Shown here: positions 13,501-28,000 of the stretch, piece by piece
How positions within the stretch are numbered: the first letter of the stretch is position 1
Layout: every line of letters begins with the position of its first letter
Assembly (NCBI GenBank): GCA_964057225.1
Contig: CAXKVF010000075.1
Span: 434,001-498,000, forward strand
Source: Auanema rhodensis
Taxonomy: Eukaryota; Animalia; Nematoda
Direction of reading: 5' to 3'
Length of the DNA: 64,000 nt
Translations under genes and position numbers: made by a program
Notes under the pieces: model-generated
Told to the model about the DNA's origin: nothing
The model's database searches: none
The model's input: only the letters and a program-made list of their open reading frames with translations

Positions 13501-15500
13501 AGATAAAGAGATGCGGTTTTCAAAATTAGATTCCCCATGTCCATATTAGTCTAAAAACAAATTTTTATTGATATTGGTTCATGGTAACCATGACTTTGAA
13601 ATTTACGTGAACTTTAATTTATGCTAATTAAATGTACACGTGATGTGCACTTGGTATGTAACTCGCTTCACGTGAAAGATAAAGAGATGCGGTTTTCAAA
13701 ATTAGATTCCCCATGTCCATATTAGTCTAAAAACAAATTTTTATTGATATTGGTGCATGGTAACCATGACTTTGAAATTTACGTGAACTTTAATTTATGC
13801 TAATTAAATGTACACGTGATGTGCACTTGGTATGTAACTCGCTTCACGTGAAAGATAAAGAGATGCGGTTTTCAAATTTAGATTCACCATGTCCATATTA
13901 GTCTAAAAACAAATTTTTATTGATATTGGTTCATGGTAACCATGACTTTGAAATTTACGTGAACTTTAATTTATGCTAATTAAATGTACACGTGATGTGC
14001 ACTTGGTATGTAACTCGCTTCACGTGAAAGATAAAGAGATGCGGTTTTCAAAATTAGATTCCCCATGTCCATATTAGTCTAAAAACAAATTTTTATTGAT
14101 ATTGGTGCATGGTAACCATGACTTTGAAATTTACGTGAACTTTAATTTATGCTAATTAAATGTACACGTGATGTGCACTTGGTATGTAACTCGCTTCACG
14201 TGAAAGATAAAGAGATGCGGTTTTCAAAATTAGATTCCCCATGTCCATATTAGTCTAAAAACAAATTTTTATTGATATTGGTTCATGGTAACCATGACTT
14301 TGAAATTTACGTGAACTTTAATTCATGCTAATTAAATGTACACGTGATGTGCACTTGGTATGTAACTCGCTTCACGTGAAAGATAAAGAGATGCGGTTTT
14401 CACAATTAGATTCCCCATGTCCATATTAGTCTAAAAACAAATTTTTATTGATATTGGTGCATGGTAACCATGACTTTGAAATTTACGTGAACTTTAATTT
14501 ATGCTAATTAAATGTACACGTGATGTGCACTTGGTATGTAACTCGCTTCACGTGAAAGATAAAGAGATGCGGTTTTCAAAATTAGATTCCCCATGTCCAT
14601 ATTAGTCTAAAAACAAATTTTTATTGATATTGGTGCATGGTAACCATGACTTTGAAATTTACGTGAACTTTAATTTATGCTAATTAAATGTACACGTGAT
14701 GTGCACTTGGTATGTAACTCGCTTCACGTGAAAGATGAAGAGATGCGGTTTTCAAAATTAGATTCCCCATGTCCATATTAGTCTAAAAACAAATTTTTAT
14801 TGATATTGGTGCATGGTAACCATGACTTTGAAATTTACGTGAACTTTAATTTATGCTAATTAAATGTACACGTGATGTGCACTTGGTATGTAACTCGCTT
14901 CACGTGAAAGATAAAGAGATGCGGTTTTCAAAATTAGATTCCCCATGTCCATATTAGTCTAAAAACAAATTTTTATTGATATTGGTGCATGGTAACCATG
15001 ACTTTGAAATTTACGTGAACTTTAATTTATGCTAATTAAATGTACACGTGATGTGCACTTGGTATGTAACTCGCTTCACTTGAAAGATGAAGAGATGCGG
15101 TTTTCAAAATTAGATTCCCCATGTCCATATTAGTCTAAAAACAAATTTTTATTGATATTGGTGCATGGTAACCATGACTTTGAAATTTACGTGAACTTTA
15201 ATTTATGCTAATTAAATGTACACGTGATGTGCACTTGGTATGTAACTCGCTTCACGTGAAAGATAAAGAGATGCGGTTTTCAAAATTAGATTCCCCATGT
15301 CCATATTAGTCTAAAAACAAATTTTTATTGATATTGGTGCATGGTAACCATGACTTTGAAATTTACGTGAACTTTAATTTATGCTAATTAAATGTACACG
15401 TGATGTGCACTTGGTATGTAACTCGCTTCACGTGAAAGATGAAGAGATGCGGTTTTCAAAATTAGATTCCCCATGTCCATATTAGTCTAAAAACAAATTT
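10600..15500. repeat. Related blocks at an 18-monomer (3168-bp) offset
   Basis: SNP pairs 10709/13877 (CAAATT with CACC), 11156/14324 and 11569/14737 are offset by 3168. Marker 14324 recurs again 3168 bp later at 17492. Boundaries are approximate. Confidence 0.75.
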
Positions 15501-16049
15501 TTATTGATATTGGTGCATGGTAACCATGACTTTGAAATTTACGTGAACTTTAATTTATGCTAATTAAATGTACACGTGATGTGCACTTGGTATGTAACTC
15601 GCTTCACGTGAAAGATAAAGAGATGCGGTTTTCAAAATTAGATTCCCCATGTCCATATTGGTCTAAAAACAAATTTTTATTGATATTGGTGCATGGTAAC
15701 CATGACTTTGAAATTTACGTGAACTTTAATTTATGCTAATTAAATGTACACGTGATGTGCACTTGGTATGTAACTCGCTTCACGTGAAAGATGAAGAGAT
15801 GCGGTTTTCAAAATTAGATTCCCCATGTCCATATTAGTCTAAAAACAAATTTTTATTGATATTGCTTCATGGTAACCATGACTTTGAAATTTACGTGAAC
15901 TTTAATTTATGCTAATTAAATGTACACGTGATGTGCACTTGGTATGTAACTCGCTTCACGTGAAAGATAAAGAGATGCGGTTTTCAAAATTAGATTCCCC
16001 ATGTCCATATTAGTCTAAAAACAAATTTTTATTGATATTGCTTCATGGT

Positions 16050-19000
16050 AACCATGACTTTGAAATTTACGTGAACTTTAATTTATGCTAATTAAATGTA
16101 CACGTGATGTGCACTTGGTATGTAACTCGCTTCACGTGAAAGATAAAGAGATGCGGTTTTCAAAATTAGATTCCCCATGTCCATATTAGTCTAAAAACAA
16201 TTTTTTATTGATATTGGTTCATGGTAACCATGACTTTGAAATTTACGTGAACTTTAATTTATGCTAATTAAATGTACACGTGATGTGCACTTGGTATGTA
16301 ACTCGCTTCACGTGAAAGATAAAGAGATGCGGTTTTCAAAATTAGATTCCCCATGTCCATATTAGTCTAAAAACAAATTTTTATTGATATTGCTTCATGG
16401 TAACCATGACTTTGAAATTTACGTGAACTTTAATTTATGCTAATTAAATGTACACGTGATGTGCACTTGGTATGTAACTCGCTTCACGTGAAAGATAAAG
16501 AGATGCGGTTTTCAAAATTAGATTCCCCATGTCCATACTAGTCTAAAAACAATTTTTTATTGATATTGGTTCATGGTAACCATGACTTTGAAATTTACGT
16601 GAACTTTAATTTATGCTAATTAAATGTACACGTGATGTGCACTTGGTATGTAACTCGCTTCACGTGAAAGATAAAGAGATGCGGTTTTCAAAATTAGATT
16701 CCCCATGTCCATACTAGTCTAAAAACAATTTTTTATTGATATTGGTTCATGGTAACCATGACTTTGAAATTTACGTGAACTTTAATTTATGCTAATTAAA
16801 TGTACACGTGATGTGCACTTGGTATGTAACTCGCTTCACGTGAAAGATAAAGAGATGCGGTTTTCAAAATTAGATTCCCCATGTCCATATTAGTCTAAAA
16901 ACAAATTTTTATTGATATTGGTGCATGGTAACCATGACTTTGAAATTTACGTGAACTTTAATTTATGCTAATTAAATGTACACGTGATGTGCACTTGGTA
17001 TGTAACTTGCTTCACGTGAAAGATAAAGAGATGCGGTTTTCAAAATTAGATTCCCCATGTCCATATTAGTCTAAAAACAAATTTTTATTGATATTGGTGC
17101 ATGGTAACCATGACTTTGAAATTTACGTGAACTTTAATTTATGCTAATTAAATGTACACGTGATGTGCACTTGGTATGTAACTCGCTTCACGTGAAAGAT
17201 AAAGAGATGCGGTTTTCAAAATTAGATTCCCCATGTCCATATTAGTCTAAAAACAAATTTTTATTGATATTGGTGCATGGTAACCATGACTTTGAAATTT
17301 ACGTGAACTTTAATTTATGCTAATTAAATGTACACGTGATGTGCACTTGGTATGTAACTCGCTTCACGTGAAAGATAAAGAGATGCGGTTTTCAAAATTA
17401 GATTCCCCATGTCCATATTAGTCTAAAAACAAATTTTTATTGATATTGGTTCATGGTAACCATGACTTTGAAATTTACGTGAACTTTAATTCATGCTAAT
17501 TAAATGTACACGTGATGTGCACTTGGTATGTAACTCGCTTCACGTGAAAGATAAAGAGATGCGGTTTTCACAATTAGATTCCCCATGTCCATATTAGTCT
17601 AAAAACAAATTTTTATTGATATTGGTGCATGGTAACCATGACTTTGAAATTTACGTGAACTTTAATTTATGCTAATTAAATGTACACGTGATGTGCACTT
17701 GGTATGTAACTCGCTTCACGTGAAAGATAAAGAGATGCGGTTTTCAAAATTAGATTCCCCATGTCCATATTAGTCTAAAAACAAATTTTTATTGATATTG
17801 GTGCATTATAACCATGACTTTGAAATTTACGTGAACTTTAATTTATGCTAATTAAATGTACACGTGATGTGCACTTGGTATGTAACTCGCTTCACGTGAA
17901 AGATGAAGAGATGCGGTTTTCAAAATTAGATTCCCCATGTCCATATTAGTCTAAAAACAAATTTTTATTGATATTGGTGCATGGTAACCATGACTTTGAA
18001 ATTTACGTGAACTTTAATTTATGCTAATTAAATGTACACGTGATGTGCACTTGGTATGTAACTCGCTTCACGTGAAAGATAAAGAGATGCGGTTTTCAAA
18101 ATTAGATTCCCCATGTCCATATTAGTCTAAAAACAAATTTTTATTGATATTGGTGCATGGTAACCATGACTTTGAAATTTACGTGAACTTTAATTTATGC
18201 TAATTAAATGTACACGTGATGTGCACTTGGTATGTAACTCGCTTCACGTGAAAGATAAAGAGATGCGGTTTTCAAAATTAGATTCCCCATGTCCATATTA
18301 GTCTAAAAACAAATTTTTATTGATATTGCTTCATGGTAACCATGACTTTGAAATTTACGTGAATTTTAATTTATGCTAATTAAATGTACACGTGATGTGC
18401 ACTTGGTATGTAACTCGTTTCACGTGAAAGATAAAGAGATGCGGTTTTCAAAATTAGATTCCCCATGTCCATATTAGTCTAAAAACAATTTTTTATTGAT
18501 ATTGGTTCATGGTAACCATGACTTTGAAATTTACGTGAACTTTAATTTATGCTAATTAAATGTACACGTGATGTGCACTTGGTATGTAACTCGCTTCACG
18601 TGAAAGATAAAGAGATGCGGTTTTCAAAATTAGATTCCCCATGTCCATATTAGTCTAAAAACAAATTTTTATTGATATTGCTTCATGGTAACCATGACTT
18701 TGAAATTTACGTGAACTTTAATTTATGCTAATTAAATGTACACGTGATGTGCACTTGGTATGTAACTCGCTTCACGTGAAAGATGAAGAGATGCGGTTTT
18801 CAAAATTAGATTCCCCATGTCCATATTAGTCTAAAAACAAATTTTTATTGATATTGGTGCATGGTAACCATGACTTTGAAATTTACGTGAACTTTAATTT
18901 ATGCTAATTAAATGTACACGTGATGTGCACTTGGTATGTAACTCGCTTCACGTGAAAGATGAAGAGATGCGGTTTTCAAAATTAGATTCTTCATGTCCAT

Positions 19001-22000
19001 ATTAGTCTAAAAACAAATTTTAATTGATATTGGTTCATGGTAACCATGACTTTGAAATTTACGTGAACTTTAATTTATGCTAATTAAATGTACACGTGAT
19101 GTGCACTTGGTATGTAACTCGCTTCACGTGAAAGATGAAGAGATGCGGTTTTCAAAATTAGATTCCCCATGTCCATATTAGTCTAAAAACAAATTTTTAT
19201 TGATATTGGTGCATGGTAACCATGACTTTGAAATTTACGTGAACTTTAATTTATGCTAATTAAATGTACACGTGATGTGCACTTGGTATGTAACTCGCTT
19301 CACGTGAAAGATGAAGAGATGCGGTTTTCAAAATTAGATTCCCCATGTCCATATTAGTCTAAAAACAAATTTTTATTGATATTGGTGCATGGTAACCATG
19401 ACTTTGAAATTTACGTGAACTTTAATTTATGCTAATTAAATGTACACGTGATGTGCACTTGGTATGTAACTCGCTTCACGTGAAAGATAAAGAGATGCGG
19501 TTTTCAAAATTAGATTCCCCATGTCCATATTAGCCTAAAAACAAATTTTTATTGATATTGGTGCATGGTAACCATGACTTTGAAATTTACGTGAACTTTA
19601 ATTTATGCTAATTAAATGTACACGTGATGTGCACTTGGTATGTAACTCGCTTCACGTGAAAGATGAAGAGATGCGGTTTTCAAAATTAGATTCCCCATGT
19701 CCATATTAGTCTAAAAACAAATTTTTATTGATATTGGGGCATGGTAACCATGACTTTGAAATTTACGTGAACTTTAATTTATGCTAATTAAATGTACACG
19801 TGATGTGCACTTGGTATGTAACTCGCTTCACGTGAAAGATAAAGAGATGCGGTTTTCAAAATTAGATTCCCCATGTCCATATTAGTCTAAAAACAAATTT
19901 TTATTGATATTGGTGCATGGTAACCATGACTTTGAAATTTACGTGAACTTTAATTTATGCTAATTAAATGTACACGTGATGTGCACTTGGTATGTAACTC
20001 GCTTCACGTGAAAGATAAAGAGATGCGGTTTTCAAAATTAGATTCCCCATGTCCATATTAGTCTAAAAACAAATTTTTATTGATATTGGTTCATGGTAAC
20101 CATGACTTTGAAATTTACGTGAACTTTAATTTATGCTAATTAAATGTACACGTGATGTGCACTTGGTATGTAACTCGCTTCACGTGAAAGATAAAGAGAT
20201 GCGGTTTTCAAAATTAGATTCCCCATGTCCATATTAGTCTAAAAACAAATTTTTATTGATATTGCTTCATGGTAACCATGACTTTGAAATTTACGTGAAC
20301 TTTAATTTATGCTTATTAAATGTACACGTGATGTGCACTTGGTATGTAACTCGCTTCACGTGAAAGATAAAGAGATGCGGTTTTCAAAATTAGATTCCCA
20401 TGTCCATATTAGTCTAAAAACAAATTTTTATTGATATTGCTTCATGGTAACCATGACTTTGAAATTTACGTGAACTTTAATTTATGCTAATTAAATGTAC
20501 ACGTGATGTGCACTTGGTATGTAACTCGCTTCACGTGAAAGATAAAGAGATGCGGTTTTCAAAATTAGATTCCCCATGTCCATATTAGTCGAAAAACAAA
20601 TTTTAATTGATATTGGTTCATGGTAACCATGACTTTGAAATTTACGTGAACTTTAATTTATGCTAATTAAATGTACACGTGATGTGCACTTGGTATGTAA
20701 CTCGCTTCACGTGAAAGATAAAAAGATGCGGTTTTCAAAATTAGATTCCCCGTGTCCATATTAGTCGAAAAACAAATTTTTATTGATATTGCTTCATGGT
20801 AACCATGACTTTGAAATTTACGTGAACTTTAATTTATGCTAATTAAATGTACACGTGATGTGCACTTGGTATGTAACTCGCTTCACGTGAAAGATAAAGA
20901 GATGCGGTTTTCAAAATTAGATTCCCCATGTCCATATTAGTCTAAAAACAAATTTTAATTGATATTGGTTCATGGTAACCATGACTTTGAAATTTACGTG
21001 AACTTTAATTTATGCTATTTAAATGTACACGTGATGTGCACTTGGTATGTAACTCGCTTCACGTGAAAGATAAAGAGATGCGGTTTTCAAAATTAGATTC
21101 CCCATGTCCATATTAGTCTAAAAACAAATTTTTATTGATATTGGTGCATGGTAACCATGACTTTGAAATTTACGTGAACTTTAAATTATGCTAATTAATT
21201 GTACACGTGATGTGCACTTGGTATGTAACTCGCTTCACGTGAAAGATAAAGAGATGCGGTTTTCAAAATTAGATTCCCCATGTCCATATTAGTCTAAAAA
21301 CAAATTTTTATTGATATTGCTTCATGGTAACCATGACTTTGAAATTTACGTGAACTTTAATTTATGCTAATTAAATGTACACGTGATGTGCACTTGGTAT
21401 GTAACTCGCTTCACGTGAAAGATAAAGAGATGCGGTTTTCAAAATTAGATTCCCCATGTCCATATTAGTCTAAAAACAATATTTAATTGATATTGGTTCA
21501 TGGTAACCATGACTTTGAAATTTACGTGAACTTTAATTTATGCTAATTAAATGTACACGTGATGTGCACTTGGTATGTAACTCGCTTCACGTGAAAGATA
21601 AAGAGATGCGGTTTTCAAAATTAGATTCCCCATGTCCATATTAGTCTAAAAACAAATTTTTATTGATATTGGTGCATGGTAACCATGACTTTGAAATTTA
21701 CGTGAACTTTAAATTATGCTAATTAAATGTACACGTGATGTGCACTTGGTATGTAACTCGCTTCACGTGAAAGATAAAGAGATGCGGTATTCAAAATTAG
21801 ATTCCCCATGTCCATATTAGTCTAAAAACAAATTTTTATTGATATTGGTTCATGGTAACCATGACTTTGAAATTTACGTGAACTTTAATTTATGCTAATT
21901 AAATGTACACGTGATGTGCACTTGGTATGTAACTCGCTTCACGTGAAAGATAAAGAGATGCGGTTTTCAAAATTAGATTCCCCATGTCCATATTAGTCTA

Positions 22001-25000
22001 AAAACAAATTTTTATTGATATTGGTGCATGGTAACCATGACTTTGAAATTTACGTGAACTTTAATTTATGCTAATTAAATGTACACGTGATGTGCACTTG
22101 GTATGTAACTCGCTTCACGTGAAAGATAAAGAGATGCGGTTTTCAAAATTAGATTTCCCATGTCCATATTAGTCTAAAAACAAATTTTTATTGATATTGG
22201 TTTATGGTAACCATGACTTTGAAATTTACGTGAACTTTAATTTATGCTAATTAAATGTACACGTGATGTGCACTTGGTATGTAACTCGCTTCACGTGAAA
22301 GATAAAGAGATGCGGTTTTCAAAATTAGATTCCCCATGTCCATATTAGTCTAACAACAAATTTTAATTGATATTGGTTCATGGTAACCATGACTTTGAAA
22401 TTTACGTGAACTTTAATTTATGCTAATTAAATGTACACGTGATGTGCACTTGGTATGTAACTCGCTTCACGTGAAAGATAAAGAGATGCGGTTTTCAAAA
22501 TTAGATTCCCCATGTCCATATTAGTCTAAAAACAATTTTTTATTGATATTGGTTCATGGTAACCATGACTTTGAAATTTACGTGAACTTTAATTTATGCT
22601 AATTAAATGTACACGTGATGTGCACTTGGTATGTAACTCGCTTCACGTGAAAGATAAAGAGATGCGGTTTTCAAAATTAGATTCCCCATGTCCATATTAG
22701 TCTAAAAACAAATTTTTATTGATATTGCTTCATGGTAACCATGACTTTGAAATTTACGTGAACTTTAATTTATGCTAATTAAATGTACACGTGATGTGCA
22801 CTTGGTATGTAACTCGCTTCACGTGAAAGATAAAGAGATGCGGTTTTCAAAATTAGATTCCCCATGTCCATACTAGTCTAAAAACAATTTTTTATTGATA
22901 TTGGTTCATGGTAACCATGACTTTGAAATTTACGTGAACTTTAATTTATGCTAATTAAATGTACACGTGATGTGCACTTGGTATGTAACTCGCTTCACGT
23001 GAAAGATAAAGAGATGCGGTTTTCAAAATTAGATTCCCCATGTCCATACTAGTCTAAAAACAATTTTTTATTGATATTGGTTCATGGTAACCATGACTTT
23101 GAAATTTACGTGAACTTTAATTTATGCTAATTAAATGTACACGTGATGTGCACTTGGTATGTAACTCGCTTCACGTGAAAGATAAAGAGATGCGGTTTTC
23201 AAAATTAGATTCCCCATGTCCATATTAGTCTAAAAACAAATTTTTATTGATATTGGTGCATGGTAACCATGACTTTGAAATTTACGTGAACTTTAATTTA
23301 TGCTAATTAAATGTACACGTGATGTGCACTTGGTATGTAACTTGCTTCACGTGAAAGATAAAGAGATGCGGTTTTCAAAATTAGATTCCCCATGTCCATA
23401 TTAGTCTAAAAACAAATTTTTATTGATATTGGTGCATGGTAACCATGACTTTGAAATTTACGTGAACTTTAATTTATGCTAATTAAATGTACACGTGATG
23501 TGCACTTGGTATGTAACTCGCTTCACGTGAAAGATAAAGAGATGCGGTTTTCAAAATTAGATTCCCCATGTCCATATTAGTCTAAAAACAAATTTTTATT
23601 GATATTGGTGCATGGTAACCATGACTTTGAAATTTACGTGAACTTTAATTTATGCTAATTAAATGTACACGTGATGTGCACTTGGTATGTAACTCGCTTC
23701 ACGTGAAAGATAAAGAGATGCGGTTTTCAAAATTAGATTCCCCATGTCCATATTAGTCTAAAAACAAATTTTTATTGATATTGGTTCATGGTAACCATGA
23801 CTTTGAAATTTACGTGAACTTTAATTCATGCTAATTAAATGTACACGTGATGTGCACTTGGTATGTAACTCGCTTCACGTGAAAGATAAAGAGATGCGGT
23901 TTTCACAATTAGATTCCCCATGTCCATATTAGTCTAAAAACAAATTTTTATTGATATTGGTGCATGGTAACCATGACTTTGAAATTTACGTGAACTTTAA
24001 TTTATGCTAATTAAATGTACACGTGATGTGCACTTGGTATGTAACTCGCTTCACGTGAAAGATAAAGAGATGCGGTTTTCAAAATTAGATTCACCATGTC
24101 CATATTAGTCTAAAAACAAATTTTTATTGATATTGGTTCATGGTAACCATGACTTTGAAATTTACGTGAACTTTAATTTATGCTAATTAAATGTACACGT
24201 GATGTGCACTTGGTATGTAACTCGCTTCACGTGAAAGATAAAGAGATGCGGTTTTCAAAATTAGATTCCCCATGTCCATATTAGTCTAAAAACAAATTTT
24301 TATTGATATTGCTTCATGGTAACCATGACTTTGAAATTTACGTGAACTTTAATTTATGCTAATTAAATGTACACGTGATGTGCACTTGGTATGTAACTCG
24401 CTTCACGTGAAAGATAAAGAGATGCGGTTTTCAAAATTAGATTCACCATGTCCATATTAGTCTAAAAACAAATTTTTATTGATATTGGTTCATGGTAACC
24501 ATGACTTTGAAATTTACGTGAACTTTAATTTATGCTAATTAAATGTACACGTGATGTGCACTTGGTATGTAACTCGCTTCACGTGAAAGATAAAGAGATG
24601 CGGTTTTCAAAATTAGATTCCCCATGTCCATATTAGTCTAAAAACAAATTTTTATTGATATTGGTGCATGGTAACCATGACTTTGAAATTTACGTGAACT
24701 TTAATTTATGCTAATTAAATGTACACGTGATGTGCACTTGGTATGTAACTCGCTTCACGTGAAAGATAAAGAGATGCGGTTTTCAAAATTAGATTCCCCA
24801 TGTCCATATTAGTCTAAAAACAAATTTTTATTGATATTGGTGCATTATAACCATGACTTTGAAATTTACGTGAACTTTAATTTATGCTAATTAAATGTAC
24901 ACGTGATGTGCACTTGGTATGTAACTCGCTTCACGTGAAAGATGAAGAGATGCGGTTTTCAAAATTAGATTCCCCATGTCCATATTAGTCTAAAAACAAA

Positions 25001-28000
25001 TTTTTATTGATATTGGTGCATGGTAACCATGACTTTGAAATTTACGTGAACTTTAATTTATGCTAATTAAATGTACACGTGATGTGCACTTGGTATGTAA
25101 CTCGCTTCACGTGAAAGATAAAGAGATGCGGTTTTCAAAATTAGATTCCCCATGTCCATATTAGTCTAAAAACAAATTTTTATTGATATTGGTGCATGGT
25201 AACCATGACTTTGAAATTTACGTGAACTTTAATTTATGCTAATTAAATGTACACGTGATGTGCACTTGGTATGTAACTCGCTTCACGTGAAAGATAAAGA
25301 GATGCGGTTTTCAAAATTAGATTCCCCATGTCCATATCAGTCTAAAAACAAATTTTTATTGATATTGCTTCATGGTAACCATGACTTTGAAATTTACGTG
25401 AATTTTAATTTATGCTAATTAAATGTACACGTGATGTGCACTTGGTATGTAACTCGCTTCACGTGAAAGATAAAGAGATGCGGTTTTCAAAATTAGATTC
25501 CCCATGTCCATATTAGTCTAAAAACAATTTTTTATTGATATTGGTTCATGGTAACCATGACTTTGAAATTTACGTGAACTTTAATTTATGCTAATTAAAT
25601 GTACACGTGATGTGCACTTGGTATGTAACTCGCTTCACGTGAAAGATAAAGAGATGCGGTTTTCAAAATTAGATTCCCCATGTCCATATTAGTCTAAAAA
25701 CAAATTTTTATTGATATTGCTTCATGGTAACCATGACTTTGAAATTTACGTGAACTTTAATTTATGCTAATTAAATGTACACGTGATGTGCACTTGGTAT
25801 GTAACTCGCTTCACGTGAAAGATAAAGAGATGCGGTTTTCAAAATTAGATTCCCCATGTCCATATTAGTCTAAAAACAAACTTTTATTGATATTGCTTCA
25901 TGGTAACCATGACTTTGAAATTTACGTGAACTTTAATTTATGCTAATTAAATGTACACGTGATGTGCACTTGGTATGTAACTCGCTTCACGTGAAAGATA
26001 AAGAGATGCGGTTTTCAAAATTAGATTCTTCATGTCCATATTAGTCTAAAAACAAATTTTAATTGATATTGGTTCATGGTAACCATGACTTTGAAATTTA
26101 CGTGAACTTTAATTTATGCTAATTAAATGTACACGTGATGTGCACTTGGTATGTAACTCGCTTCACGTGAAAGATGAAGAGATGCGGTTTTCAAAATTAG
26201 ATTCCCCATGTCCATATTAGTCTAAAAACAAATTTTTATTGATATTGGTGCATGGTAACCATGACTTTGAAATTTACGTGAACTTTAATTTATGCTAATT
26301 AAATGTACACGTGATGTGCACTTGGTATGTAACTCGCTTCACGTGAAAGATAAAGAGATGCGGTTTTCAAAATTAGATTCCCCATGTCCATATTAGTCTA
26401 AAAACAAATTTTTATTGATATTGGTGCATGGTAACCATGACTTTGAAATTTACGTGAACTTTAATTTATGCTAATTAAATGTACACGTGATGTGCACTTG
26501 GTATGTAACTCGCTTCACGTGAAAGATGAAGAGATGCGGTTTTCAAAATTAGATTCCCCATGTCCATATTAGTCTAAAAACAAATTTTTATTGATATTGG
26601 GGCATGGTAACCATGACTTTGAAATTTACGTGAACTTTAATTTATGCTAATTAAATGTACACGTGATGTGCACTTGGTATGTAACTCGCTTCACGTGAAA
26701 GATAAAGAGATGCGGTTTTCAAAATTAGATTCCCCATGTCCATATTAGTCTAAAAACAAATTTTTATTGATATTGGTGCATGGTAACCATGACTTTGAAA
26801 TTTACGTGAACTTTAATTTATGCTAATTAAATGTACACGTGATGTGCACTTGGTATGTAACTCGCTTCACGTGAAAGATAAAGAGATGCGGTTTTCAAAA
26901 TTAGATTCCCCATGTCCATATTAGTCTAAAAACAAATTTTTATTGATATTGGTTCATGGTAACCATGACTTTGAAATTTACGTGAACTTTAATTTATGCT
27001 AATTAAATGTACACGTGATGTGCACTTGGTATGTAACTCGCTTCACGTGAAAGATAAAGAGATGCGGTTTTCAAAATTAGATTCCCCATGTCCATATTAG
27101 TCTAAAAACAAATTTTTATTGATATTGCTTCATGGTAACCATGACTTTGAAATTTACGTGAACTTTAATTTATGCTTATTAAATGTACACGTGATGTGCA
27201 CTTGGTATGTAACTCGCTTCACGTGAAAGATAAAGAGATGCGGTTTTCAAAATTAGATTCCCATGTCCATATTAGTCTAAAAACAAATTTTTATTGATAT
27301 TGCTTCATGGTAACCATGACTTTGAAATTTACGTGAACTTTAATTTATGCTAATTAAATGTACACGTGATGTGCACTTGGTATGTAACTCGCTTCACGTG
27401 AAAGATAAAGAGATGCGGTTTTCAAAATTAGATTCCCCATGTCCATATTAGTCGAAAAACAAATTTTAATTGATATTGGTTCATGGTAACCATGACTTTG
27501 AAATTTACGTGAACTTTAATTTATGCTAATTAAATGTACACGTGATGTGCACTTGGTATGTAACTCGCTTCACGTGAAAGATAAAAAGATGCGGTTTTCA
27601 AAATTAGATTCCCCGTGTCCATATTAGTCGAAAAACAAATTTTTATTGATATTGCTTCATGGTAACCATGACTTTGAAATTTACGTGAACTTTAATTTAT
27701 GCTAATTAAATGTACACGTGATGTGCACTTGGTATGTAACTCGCTTCACGTGAAAGATAAAGAGATGCGGTTTTCAAAATTAGATTCCCCATGTCCATAT
27801 TAGTCTAAAAACAAATTTTAATTGATATTGGTTCATGGTAACCATGACTTTGAAATTTACGTGAACTTTAATTTATGCTATTTAAATGTACACGTGATGT
27901 GCACTTGGTATGTAACTCGCTTCACGTGAAAGATAAAGAGATGCGGTTTTCAAAATTAGATTCCCCATGTCCATATTAGTCTAAAAACAAATTTTTATTG

